From an uncultured archaeon (GTDB lineage Archaea; Nanohalarchaeota; Nanosalinia; Nanosalinales; Nanosalinaceae), in NCBI GenBank assembly GCA_964421955.1, contig CAYQYU010000007.1, positions 1-52,876 of the forward strand: DNA of 52,876 nt, given 5' to 3'. Every line of letters starts with the position of its first letter. The first letter of the stretch is position 1. This document shows, piece after piece, positions 9,069 through 17,472 of this stretch. The translations under genes were made by a program, and so were the position numbers. The notes beneath the pieces are model-generated. The model made no database searches. It saw only the letters and a program-made list of their open reading frames with translations, and was not told where the DNA came from.

Positions 9069-10517
9069 ATGCGTCCAGTCGTTCTCGTGGTGATGGATGG
9101 AGTCGGACTCAGAGACTCGAAAGATGGAAACGCTTTCAGACAGGCAGATACACCCAACCTTGACTCGCTGATGGCGGACGGTTTTGCGGAGCTTGAGGCT
9201 TCGGGTCCCGCGGTAGGTCTTCCTGAGGGTTACCAGGGCAACAGCGAGGTCGGGCACCTGCATCTTGGCGCGGGAAGGAGAGTTCCCCAGAGGCTGACAA
9301 GGATTAACCAGGCCATAGAGAACGGTGAACTCGCGGAGAGGACGGCCCTGAAGGAGGCACTGGAAAATGCAGAGGAAAATGGTGCCGCGGTGCATTTCGC
9401 GGGCATAATCTCGGACGGCGGAATCCACGGCCACATCGACCACCTCAAGGCTCTAGTGGAGATATCCTCAAAATACGAGCTTGAGGACGTCCACATACAC
9501 TGTTTTACGGACGGAAGGGATGTCGATCCGAAGTCGGCGAAAAGGTATATCTCAAGTATCGAGGACTGGTGCCAGGAGTATAATGCGGAGATCGCGACCG
9601 TGATGGGTAGGTTCTACTCCATGGACCGTGACCATAACTGGGACAGGACCGAGAAGGCCTACCGGGCGATGGCTCTCGGGGAAGGATTCGAGTTCAAGCA
9701 CCCTGAGGAGGTTGTGGAGAAGGCCTACGACGATGGAGAGTACGACTACTTTGTCCAGCCTTCAGTTAGCGAAGGATATCCTGGAATGGACGATCAGGAC
9801 GAGCTTGTATTCTACAACTTTAGAGCCGACAGAGAGGTACAGATAGCCGAGGCCTTCCTGAAGCAGGGCTTCGATGAGTTCGACAACCCCGTGAGACCTA
9901 ATTTTGCCTCCATGTTCTCGTACAGGAACGACTTCGATAATCCGGTGATGTTCAAGAAGAAGATAGTAGAGAACACCCTGGGCGAGAAGATTGAGGAAGC
10001 AGGCATGAAGCAGTTAAGAGTCGCCGAGTCCCAGAAGATTCCTCACGTAACATACTTCTTCAACGGACAGCGGGAGCTTGAGTTTGAAAATGAGACGCGG
10101 AAATTCATCGAGTCCGACAAGATCAGGGCGTATGACCAGAAGCCAGAGATGCACGCCGATGAGACCACGGACATAGTTCTTGAGGCGATGGAAAAAGAGG
10201 ATCAGGACTTTATACTGCTCAACTATGCGAACGGGGACCTTGTAGGCCACACCGCGGATATGAAAGCGGCGGTAACCGCGATGGAAACTGTCGACAGGAA
10301 CATAGGGAGACTGGTTGACGCTGTAAAAGAAACGGAATACGTCCTTTTAATCACCGCAGACCACGGCAACTGCGAGGACATGGGCACAGAAGAAGACCCC
10401 AACACCTCCCACACGCTCAATCCTGTGCCTCTAATAGGTGTCAACACCGATAGAGAGCTCGACAACGGCGAGATCTGGGAGATAGAGAGGCTTGTGGAAG
10501 AAATACTTGCACTTTGA
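9069..10517 (+). CDS. gpmI: 2,3-bisphosphoglycerate-independent phosphoglycerate mutase
   Basis: VMDGVG, GNSEVGH, DGRD, GRFYSMDRD, NFRADR, DLVGHT, TADHGN. Confidence 0.96.
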   Translation: MRPVVLVVMDGVGLRDSKDGNAFRQADTPNLDSLMADGFAELEASGPAVGLPEGYQGNSEVGHLHLGAGRRVPQRLTRINQAIENGELAERTALKEALENAEENGAAVHFAGIISDGGIHGHIDHLKALVEISSKYELEDVHIHCFTDGRDVDPKSAKRYISSIEDWCQEYNAEIATVMGRFYSMDRDHNWDRTEKAYRAMALGEGFEFKHPEEVVEKAYDDGEYDYFVQPSVSEGYPGMDDQDELVFYNFRADREVQIAEAFLKQGFDEFDNPVRPNFASMFSYRNDFDNPVMFKKKIVENTLGEKIEEAGMKQLRVAESQKIPHVTYFFNGQRELEFENETRKFIESDKIRAYDQKPEMHADETTDIVLEAMEKEDQDFILLNYANGDLVGHTADMKAAVTAMETVDRNIGRLVDAVKETEYVLLITADHGNCEDMGTEEDPNTSHTLNPVPLIGVNTDRELDNGEIWEIERLVEEILAL

Positions 10518-10518
10518 T

Positions 10519-10836
10519 CTACCGAATAATGCCGGATCCTCCCGGACCCGCTCCTCCAGGAGGAGAAGATCCTGAACCAGATGAGGAGCCCCATGTGCCA
10601 GGGTTGCATCCGTCTATATCCTGGGCCTCCAGGCGGAGTCTCTGTGCTTTCCGGTCGTTACCGTTATCCTTCGCTGTCTTCCACTGGCTTCGTTTTGAAT
10701 CACATTCATTACCGCTGATGAGATTGTCAAAGGTACTGGTGACATCGCCCGACTCGCCCTGGAGCATCACCATCAGGATTATCGCCGCGACCATAGTAAC
10801 AGCCGCAACCAGAATTATCTCGATGGTCTTATCCAT
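10519..10836 (-). CDS. Pilin-like protein (no basic leader)
   Basis: MDKTIEIILVAAVTMVAAIILM resembles the mature N-terminus of the neighbouring pilin; Cys pair, Gly/Pro tail. Confidence 0.65.
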   Translation of the reverse strand: MDKTIEIILVAAVTMVAAIILMVMLQGESGDVTSTFDNLISGNECDSKRSQWKTAKDNGNDRKAQRLRLEAQDIDGCNPGTWGSSSGSGSSPPGGAGPGGSGIIR

Positions 10837-10853
10837 TTCTTAACCTCTTGACT

Positions 10854-11165
10854 CTAGTTACAGGTGTACGTGTCCTCGTTAAAGCCGGTAACAACATTCG
10901 ACGAACCTCCTGCCAGGTTATTCAGATCTCCGCGAGTTGTTATACCCGCCCGTACACAGCTATCAGGAGTGTTGTGCTCGGTACCTGAATTAGCGAACTC
11001 GCAGGTGCTCTCCACTGAGTTCACGCACGACTGGGTGTTGGATGACGAGAACACATCCTCCAGACCGCCCTGTGTCATCATGATTACAGTTAGTGCTGTC
11101 ATCATCAGAACTGACGCAGCCACGATCAGGGCCAGGGTCTGCGACATTCCTTTCATACGGGACAT
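10854..11165 (-). CDS. Type IV pilin, candidate major pilin
   Basis: Class III signal MSRMKG|MSQTLALIVAASVLMM; four Cys; own AT-rich upstream region. Confidence 0.8.
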   Translation of the reverse strand: MSRMKGMSQTLALIVAASVLMMTALTVIMMTQGGLEDVFSSSNTQSCVNSVESTCEFANSGTEHNTPDSCVRAGITTRGDLNNLAGGSSNVVTGFNEDTYTCN

Positions 11166-11263
11166 GATTAAGGAGTTGGAAACGGTGGTATAAAAATGGT
11201 CTACATTATACAGGGTATTTTGAATCAAAAATAGGAAAGATAGAAAGGAAAGAGCCGTAGAAG

Positions 11264-11551
11264 TTACGGCTTGGTTATGTCTATCTGGATCGAGGATACG
11301 TCGAGTTCCTCTCCCTCGTCGGTCTCGATCTGGTCCGTATCTATGACAATATCCTCAACTTCCGAGTCCTCGACAAACTTTCTCTTGACCATTTCTGCGA
11401 CGTCTACCGCCCTAGAAATTGCCTTTCCTCTCGCTTTTACATGCACTGTCTCCTGTCCTTCACTGAACTGGGTCACTACAGCCAGAACGTAGCTCATGGC
11501 TGGTTTTGAACCAACGTATACCGTGTTGTCGTCTTCTTCTACCACTGTCAA
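11264..11551 (-). CDS. albA: DNA/RNA-binding protein Alba
   Basis: VYVGSKPAMSYVLAV, KARGKAISRAVDVAE; TTG start after AGGTGA. Confidence 0.96.
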   Translation of the reverse strand: MTVVEEDDNTVYVGSKPAMSYVLAVVTQFSEGQETVHVKARGKAISRAVDVAEMVKRKFVEDSEVEDIVIDTDQIETDEGEELDVSSIQIDITKP

Positions 11552-11620
11552 TCACCTAGTTTGAGGTTCCGACTCAAAATATTAAATCAGTTTTCATAAG
11601 GCCCTCAGGCCACTTATCCG

Positions 11621-12706
11621 CTAGTCATTTGTGAAATCATGTGTGTACGGATCCACCTGAAATACTAGGCTCTCCCATCCTCCCTCTACGGGTATCTTGT
11701 ACTTTTTATCCTCCATCGAGTACTCTGCTTCGCTCCTCTCAGGTTCGACAGTTACCGTGGCCTCGTACCGTTCGACATCGCATCCGCAAATGTAAGTGGT
11801 TCCATCTGCACGGGTGCAGTAGTTGTAGTTGCAGCAGCCCACAGTGCTTGAGCTACCGCTTGAGCTGCCTTCAAACACGTCGCTGGTGGCCCCCCAGTTA
11901 AAGCTGCCTCCGACGTCCTTTATACTGCTATCCAAGTTGAAGCCAGGGATAGTGGGATAAGAGCTTTTTACAGTTTTGAAGCCTTTTCTGATATCATCTT
12001 CGGCATCACTTACCGCGGCGCTTTCAGCGTCGGAGTAAGGAGGGCTCCCACAGGAAATTCTGGACTCGGTGTAGCTATCGCTAACAGAACCCCACTCCGA
12101 TTCCAGGTCCCGAAAGTAGTCATGCGCCTCCTCCAGAAGTGAAAAGTAGCGGTTGTCTGTAGCGTTGAAGAAGGCGCCGTAGGATTTGTTCCCGCTTGTC
12201 TTTACGTTCCCCCCTCCAAAGTAACATATGGACTCCACTGGCTTGCCCGCAGAAATGTAACCTCTTATCCCGGCAACATGGCCGCTCGTGAAGAACGGTG
12301 TGATGGTGAAGTTGGCTTCGGTGAAGTCGCAGTTAAGGCCCTCAGGTGCACTTCCATAGTGGTTCTTGAAATACTGTTGCGTATCGTTCTGGAGCCTGAG
12401 ATAGGCATCGGCGCGCACACTCCCAAGGTTCCCTGTTTCCCAGTCAACATCGTTTCCGCCTCCTCTTCTCGAAAGCTTATAGGTCATCTGGTGAGTGGAG
12501 TACGAGCCTCCCATGGGCAGGTAGTTGTAGAAGTGCAGCCCCGAGCTTGACTTTGTCTGCGCGACCCTGTCAAGATCAGTTATCGACTCCGATATCTCCT
12601 GGGCGAAGGCGTCTCCGATCAAGACGGACTGTATACCAAAGACTGTGGCGGTCAGAAAAACTCCAATCATCACGATATTTCCGCCTATAGCTCCTTTTCT
12701 ATTCAT
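11621..12706 (-). CDS. Large minor pilin/adhesin with class III signal
   Basis: MNRKG|AIGGNIVMIGVFLTA; Cys-rich extracellular part; ATGA overlap with upstream gene. Confidence 0.75.
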   Translation of the reverse strand: MNRKGAIGGNIVMIGVFLTATVFGIQSVLIGDAFAQEISESITDLDRVAQTKSSSGLHFYNYLPMGGSYSTHQMTYKLSRRGGGNDVDWETGNLGSVRADAYLRLQNDTQQYFKNHYGSAPEGLNCDFTEANFTITPFFTSGHVAGIRGYISAGKPVESICYFGGGNVKTSGNKSYGAFFNATDNRYFSLLEEAHDYFRDLESEWGSVSDSYTESRISCGSPPYSDAESAAVSDAEDDIRKGFKTVKSSYPTIPGFNLDSSIKDVGGSFNWGATSDVFEGSSSGSSSTVGCCNYNYCTRADGTTYICGCDVERYEATVTVEPERSEAEYSMEDKKYKIPVEGGWESLVFQVDPYTHDFTND

Positions 12707-13347
12707 CTGGATCTCACCGTCTGCACATCCTGCGATGTTGTTGTCCAAAGAGTTATCGTGGCCTCCTGGCCCCCAGTCAGGGCTATGGGGTAGCTGAGCC
12801 TTGACCACCGGCCCGAGGGCTCATAGCCGCCGCTTCTCACCACTATAGGATCGGGGGCGCCAGAGACTTGTGTGGCACTCAGGTTCAAATAATATTCTGT
12901 GGGCCGGATTCCTCTTCTCCAGTGGAGATCCATCTTGTACTTGATATAGTTCTCTATATCCTCCCTGACCTCGCTCTTCGACTTCCGTTCGCCGTTTATG
13001 TATACGCTGTTGCCCTGTGCCGAATAGTAGTATGACATGACCTTGGAAGCAGACATATCTCCATACTCGTCCCTGCTTATGTCGTGATAGTCAGGCGGAG
13101 CAGCCCCTCCATCTGTGGAACCGAAAGGCTGTCTTCGCTCCGATCTCCACATATAGTCCCGCATAGTAACAGTGATTACGGAGCGCTTGTTGATCTCCCC
13201 TATAGAGTAATCTACCTGGGATCCAACAGTCCTGTCCACGGTGTTTCCTGCCGCAACAAGTAGCAGGAAAACCACTACCGTCAGCATTATAGAGGCCGAA
13301 AACATGAATATCTCTCCGACGATAAACTGGCCCTCACTGTATTTCAT
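12703..13347 (-). CDS. Minor pilin-like protein
   Basis: MKYSEG|QFIVGEIFMF followed by hydrophobic helix. Confidence 0.7.
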   Translation of the reverse strand: MKYSEGQFIVGEIFMFSASIMLTVVVFLLLVAAGNTVDRTVGSQVDYSIGEINKRSVITVTMRDYMWRSERRQPFGSTDGGAAPPDYHDISRDEYGDMSASKVMSYYYSAQGNSVYINGERKSKSEVREDIENYIKYKMDLHWRRGIRPTEYYLNLSATQVSGAPDPIVVRSGGYEPSGRWSRLSYPIALTGGQEATITLWTTTSQDVQTVRSR

Positions 13348-13855
13348 AGACGTACAACCTCGCCGGCAGAAGTGGTTCGTTAGATGCCTTCCTGACAAGC
13401 AATGCCGGGCTGCTCACAGCGTTTACCGTGGCCCTGTGGCTGGGCTGCGTGGTACAGTCCAGACTGTTGCCCGGGGAGGAGGTCGTTGGCTGTATGTAGA
13501 AACTAAAGTTCTCGCCGTCCAGCCCTGAAACCCTCTCTATGTAGCAGTGTTTGCCATTCTTACTGTATCCCACCCCGTTATCATTTTCATTCGTGAAGAA
13601 CTCTACCGGGATGTAGGCCCGGCGATGGTCGTAGCTGTAAGCCGAACTCGCCACCTTGCCTAGCTCCGTCCTGTTGGCCTCAACGTTCATCAGGTTTTCA
13701 AGAACAATAGCTTTCCTGAACTCGTTTCTCTGGGAGTTGTCTATCTCCGTGGAGAGATTGAGTATTCCCCCGAAATATATGTGCACAACTACGGTGAAAC
13801 CGACAAGCACCATTAATATATGTGGTATATGAGTCACCAGGTCATAGAGATCCAT
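13334..13855 (-). CDS. Pilin-like protein (no basic leader)
   Basis: N-terminal hydrophobic helix, Cys pair, embedded in pilin operon. Confidence 0.6.
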   Translation of the reverse strand: MDLYDLVTHIPHILMVLVGFTVVVHIYFGGILNLSTEIDNSQRNEFRKAIVLENLMNVEANRTELGKVASSAYSYDHRRAYIPVEFFTNENDNGVGYSKNGKHCYIERVSGLDGENFSFYIQPTTSSPGNSLDCTTQPSHRATVNAVSSPALLVRKASNEPLLPARLYVYEIQ

Positions 13856-14263
13856 TCAACAACCACCTGGCTCTATTACCAGTACTTTGTCGCCGCTCTC
13901 GATCTTTTTCCGCACGCAGAGCTTTGAATCCACTTTTTTGAACTTCAGGGATTCGATACGGTCATAGTCCACCATATCGGTGTCTATCAGAGAGGAGGCA
14001 TTTTTGTCTTCATAACCCACGGTTATGTTGTTCCCGTCAACACTTATTTTGTAACCATCCATTTCAAACTCCAGATGGCCCTCTCTCACCGATTCCAGGA
14101 TCAGAACTGAGTTGACGACTCTGTCAGACTGTATCTGGACAGACTCTCCCTTGACGTAGTCCCCCGTGCGCTGCTGTATTCCGTTGACTATGGCGAGAAT
14201 CATCAGGAATCCCAGGAACGAGATAATGATCATGAACGGTGTTGAAGTCTGCCCCTTCCTCAT
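13856..14263 (-). CDS. Minor pilin
   Basis: MRKG|QTSTPFMIIISFLGFLMILAIV. Confidence 0.8.
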   Translation of the reverse strand: MRKGQTSTPFMIIISFLGFLMILAIVNGIQQRTGDYVKGESVQIQSDRVVNSVLILESVREGHLEFEMDGYKISVDGNNITVGYEDKNASSLIDTDMVDYDRIESLKFKKVDSKLCVRKKIESGDKVLVIEPGGC

Positions 14264-14721
14264 TGTGGTGTAGCCTCCACCTTGATCACCGGGGGACTGC
14301 TGGTCCCGGACTCGTGAGATACATCGAAGTTCCACTCGCCCTGCCAAGGCCCTGAACCAACCTTTTTGAGCTGGTACTCGCAGCCCTGTATGGAAACTCT
14401 CTGGGGCTGATCGCCTCCCACTGATACTATGAACTCGTAGCTCCGGTCGCTGCCGGCAAGCTCTATTTTTTCGACCTCATCAAACTTGGCATCCACACTG
14501 ATCGATGTTATGGCAGTGGAGCCGTCGCTCGCATCATCACACTTGTTTTCCATGGCGCCGGCCAGTTCCCTTATATCGCTCATGTCCCCTCTCTGGTTGG
14601 TGGGCTTGAGAAATCCTCCGCTCATGATGATCGATGCTATCGCTATGACTCCCAGGAACACTATGAAACCTGCAACAATGTAGCTTGCAGAGTAGGCGTT
14701 TGCCCCTCTTCTACGCTTCAT
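14260..14721 (-). CDS. Minor pilin
   Basis: MKRRRG|ANAYSASYIVAGFIVFLGVIAI. Confidence 0.75.
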   Translation of the reverse strand: MKRRRGANAYSASYIVAGFIVFLGVIAIASIIMSGGFLKPTNQRGDMSDIRELAGAMENKCDDASDGSTAITSISVDAKFDEVEKIELAGSDRSYEFIVSVGGDQPQRVSIQGCEYQLKKVGSGPWQGEWNFDVSHESGTSSPPVIKVEATPQ

Positions 14722-14953
14722 ACTCCAGAGCCCCGTGTCTTTCTACAGAGCTGTCCTCAGTGCCAGCGTCTTCACAGTCATCACGCGCATTTTTCTTGTT
14801 TGACAGGATACAGTTTATCTGGTCTCCAAAGCTGGTTCCCGTATCATCTATCTCTGATCCCGTATCATCGGTCACAACAATTAGAGCCGTCGACAGGCCC
14901 AGGACCACGATCAATCCCAGCAAAAGAGCCACAAGCACGTGTTGAACCTCCAT
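14711..14953 (-). CDS. Small pilin-like protein (no basic leader)
   Basis: MEVQHVLVALLLGLIVVLGL; TAATG coupling with upstream gene. Confidence 0.65.
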   Translation of the reverse strand: MEVQHVLVALLLGLIVVLGLSTALIVVTDDTGSEIDDTGTSFGDQINCILSNKKNARDDCEDAGTEDSSVERHGALEYEA

Positions 14954-15120
14954 TATCCCGCACTCACAACGTTCCCGTAGCTCAGATTGGTTTTGTTGAG
15001 CCCAAGTGCCTCAGATAGTCCAACATAATCGCTGAATATGAACGCCATGATCATCACCACTACCACCGCAATAACCAGGACCACTATAGTCCGGACACTG
15101 AAGCTGAACCCTTTCCTCAT
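14953..15120 (-). CDS. 55-aa mini-pilin (not in ORF track)
   Basis: Hand translation MRKG|FSFSVRTIVVLVIAVVVVMIMAFIFSDYVGLSEALGLNKTNLSYGNVVSAG. Confidence 0.8.
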   Translation of the reverse strand: MRKGFSFSVRTIVVLVIAVVVVMIMAFIFSDYVGLSEALGLNKTNLSYGNVVSAG

Positions 15121-15165
15121 AGATAAACTATTTCTCCAATCCCGTTAAAATAGCCTTCCAAATAC

Positions 15166-15318
15166 TCATTTCACGCTCGGGTAGCTTACTCCACCAAGGA
15201 AACCGCCAGCAATATCATTGAACCAGCCGTTGAAAGCTGCGATAAGTATGAAAACCACTATCGCGAACAGCGTTATCAGAGCGACCTCCCTCACAGGTAA
15301 AGAACCCTTCCTCTCCAT
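15166..15318 (-). CDS. 50-aa mini-pilin
   Basis: MERKG|SLPVREVALITLFAIVVFILIAAF. Confidence 0.78.
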   Translation of the reverse strand: MERKGSLPVREVALITLFAIVVFILIAAFNGWFNDIAGGFLGGVSYPSVK

Positions 15319-15387
15319 GACCCAGAATTGGGTAGAACCAGACTTTAAGCTTCCGGGTATCACCGATACACAGATTCTAGAGATAGT

Positions 15388-17097
15388 TCAGCATCCAGGC
15401 TTCACACTACCCGGTATGTTGAAAGTGCCTTCATCTACCACAAAGTTGCCTTGATTCTCTGTCTCCCTAAGCACTATACGGACATCACAGTCGTAGTTGG
15501 ACAGTTTGCCTACATCGCCTGAAATCGTTCCCTGATCGCCGTTGGCTATATCTTTCCATCGCAGACCCGCGAGGAACGGGTGTTTTGGAAGTCTGGCCTG
15601 CTCACTTCCCTGATCGTGGTAGAAAGTCCTGAACTGACCGTCGAAGTCACCCTGATTCCCGACCGTGACATCTACCCCCAGTAAATCAGGACCTAACATC
15701 TGACCTTGTTTGTTGAACTGTACATTTTCTATAGTTCCTTCTACAGGCGGTCCGCCACCACAGTTTCCAACGTAATCAGAGACATTAATCGCGACCGCTC
15801 CGTCAGTCCAGTAGCCCTCATTCCTTTCTTTCACAACCAAGCTGGGCTCACAACCCCATTTGGTACCAGGACCGAAGTCGGGAAGGTATAGATCAAAGTT
15901 TATAGTCTCTTCGCTACCTTTACCGATCTGCTGCCAGCTTTGGTCTTCCTCCACACTAGATCCTCCCTCGGGAATCACACCTATAGTGTAGTCTTTATCC
16001 TCGGCTCTCCTGTTCTCCACATCCACACTGAATTCCAGATAACTGCTGGTTGATCTTGAAACAGAAGTCCCCTTTATCTGCGGAGGATCACTGTTTATAC
16101 CCGCACAGCTAACGTCCGGATCTGTCTCGGTTATCTGTATGTACGGGTAAGTCGTGTCCTGCCCGATTATATTTTCTCCCGCCTCCCCCTCGTTAAGCGG
16201 ACCTCCCTTGTTCACCTGGATGTATCCCTTGTCGCCTGGACAGAGCTTGACTATCGTATCCTTGTTGAACATAATTCCCGGTACAGCTGTCGAGGCATAC
16301 GGAGCATATTTCGGAGCGCTGCCACTAATACCTGACCAGGCATTCACGCAGTAAAGCCCGCGGTCCAGGTTATATTCGTCATTGATCCATACCGTTCTGT
16401 CGGAGGCATCATCAGGGAAGAACATCATGTAGTTATCATGTGTTCCCAGGTAATTGCTGAATAATAGTCCACAACTGTCCTTGTTGATGTGTTCCTCGAA
16501 CTGGCCTTTGCCAGCACCTATAAGATTGTACTCCAGCCAGGTATTCTTCTCGGGATTAGTGTCGGGAGTGCCACGGGTCTGAAGTATTACCGGTCTATCG
16601 CCTGTGATCTCGAACGCAACGCGGGAATAAATACCCTCCATATCGTAACCTTCTTGTTGAACGTATCCGGATAGACCGCCGCTTATGAGTGTGGAGCCTC
16701 CGCCTACACACGGCGGCTCGGTCCCGAGATAGGTGTCGGCGAGAGCAGGATAGCCTTTATCGGGGCCAGGCTTACTCCCTGCTGTAGTCGGGTTGCTGCC
16801 CTTGTTCTGGTCAGGAACTGTTGGCTTCTTCCCGCCCTCCTTGCAGCCGTCGTTGGAGGCGCGGTGGTACGCAAACATAGCCGCCTGTGAAAGCATTCGC
16901 TGCATTTTTTCCTGATCACCCTCAATATCGATGGTCTTGTCCGAGTCTTTCTTGCTCATCTCGAAGCCGGTCTGTATGGCCTCTCCAAGGTTGCCCTGTG
17001 TTATCAAGGCGATCACTATGAACGCAACCGCCGCTGTCAAAGCCAGCGAAAAAATAGACATGTTTGCGAGGCCTTTTCTTTCTAGCGCATAGCGCAT
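15388..17097 (-). CDS. Large class III signal adhesin with Ig/CARDB-like C-terminal domains
   Basis: MRYALERKG|LANMSIFSLAL; beta-rich C-terminal modules (FSVDVEN, VDVTVGNQG); many Cys. Confidence 0.72.
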   Translation of the reverse strand: MRYALERKGLANMSIFSLALTAAVAFIVIALITQGNLGEAIQTGFEMSKKDSDKTIDIEGDQEKMQRMLSQAAMFAYHRASNDGCKEGGKKPTVPDQNKGSNPTTAGSKPGPDKGYPALADTYLGTEPPCVGGGSTLISGGLSGYVQQEGYDMEGIYSRVAFEITGDRPVILQTRGTPDTNPEKNTWLEYNLIGAGKGQFEEHINKDSCGLLFSNYLGTHDNYMMFFPDDASDRTVWINDEYNLDRGLYCVNAWSGISGSAPKYAPYASTAVPGIMFNKDTIVKLCPGDKGYIQVNKGGPLNEGEAGENIIGQDTTYPYIQITETDPDVSCAGINSDPPQIKGTSVSRSTSSYLEFSVDVENRRAEDKDYTIGVIPEGGSSVEEDQSWQQIGKGSEETINFDLYLPDFGPGTKWGCEPSLVVKERNEGYWTDGAVAINVSDYVGNCGGGPPVEGTIENVQFNKQGQMLGPDLLGVDVTVGNQGDFDGQFRTFYHDQGSEQARLPKHPFLAGLRWKDIANGDQGTISGDVGKLSNYDCDVRIVLRETENQGNFVVDEGTFNIPGSVKPGC

Positions 17098-17282
17098 AGC
17101 GAATGCCCCAGCGTGTCCGCTACAGAAGCCCCCACATACCTCAGCAGCCCGGTACATCCCGTGTTGCCCTCCTGGGCCATCAATAATGGTATTATTACCC
17201 CAAGAGCCACCAGCACGATCACAATACCTATTATCAGGTTGAAGGAGATCTGGTCCGGCAGAAGACCTTTTCTGTTTTTCAT
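17082..17282 (-). CDS. 66-aa mini-pilin
   Basis: MKNRKG|LLPDQISFNLIIGIVIVLVAL. Confidence 0.78.
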   Translation of the reverse strand: MKNRKGLLPDQISFNLIIGIVIVLVALGVIIPLLMAQEGNTGCTGLLRYVGASVADTLGHSLCAMR

Positions 17283-17331
17283 GCTCTATTATTGTTGGTT
17301 CTCTGGCTGTTTAAATCATTTCAGGCGCTTT

Positions 17332-17472
17332 CTACTTGAAAGCCTGTTCTATAGCATTTCCCATCGCTGCAGGAAGTGCATCCATCAGAACCAGGCCTGC
17401 GGCTGCCGCCACTAATGCACCGAGTACCGCGAGCAACAGGTGCTGGGTCACCAGGTTTCCTTTGTTTCTCAT
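17332..17472 (-). CDS. 46-aa mini-pilin (not in ORF track)
   Basis: Hand translation MRNKG|NLVTQHLLLAVLGALVAAAAGLVLMDALPAAMGNAIEQAFK; ATGA overlap with platform gene stop. Confidence 0.75.
   Translation of the reverse strand: MRNKGNLVTQHLLLAVLGALVAAAAGLVLMDALPAAMGNAIEQAFK

Noticed and set aside
9069-10517. Bacterial-type gpmI as a novel transfer
   Set aside because: This type is already known in halophilic and other archaea
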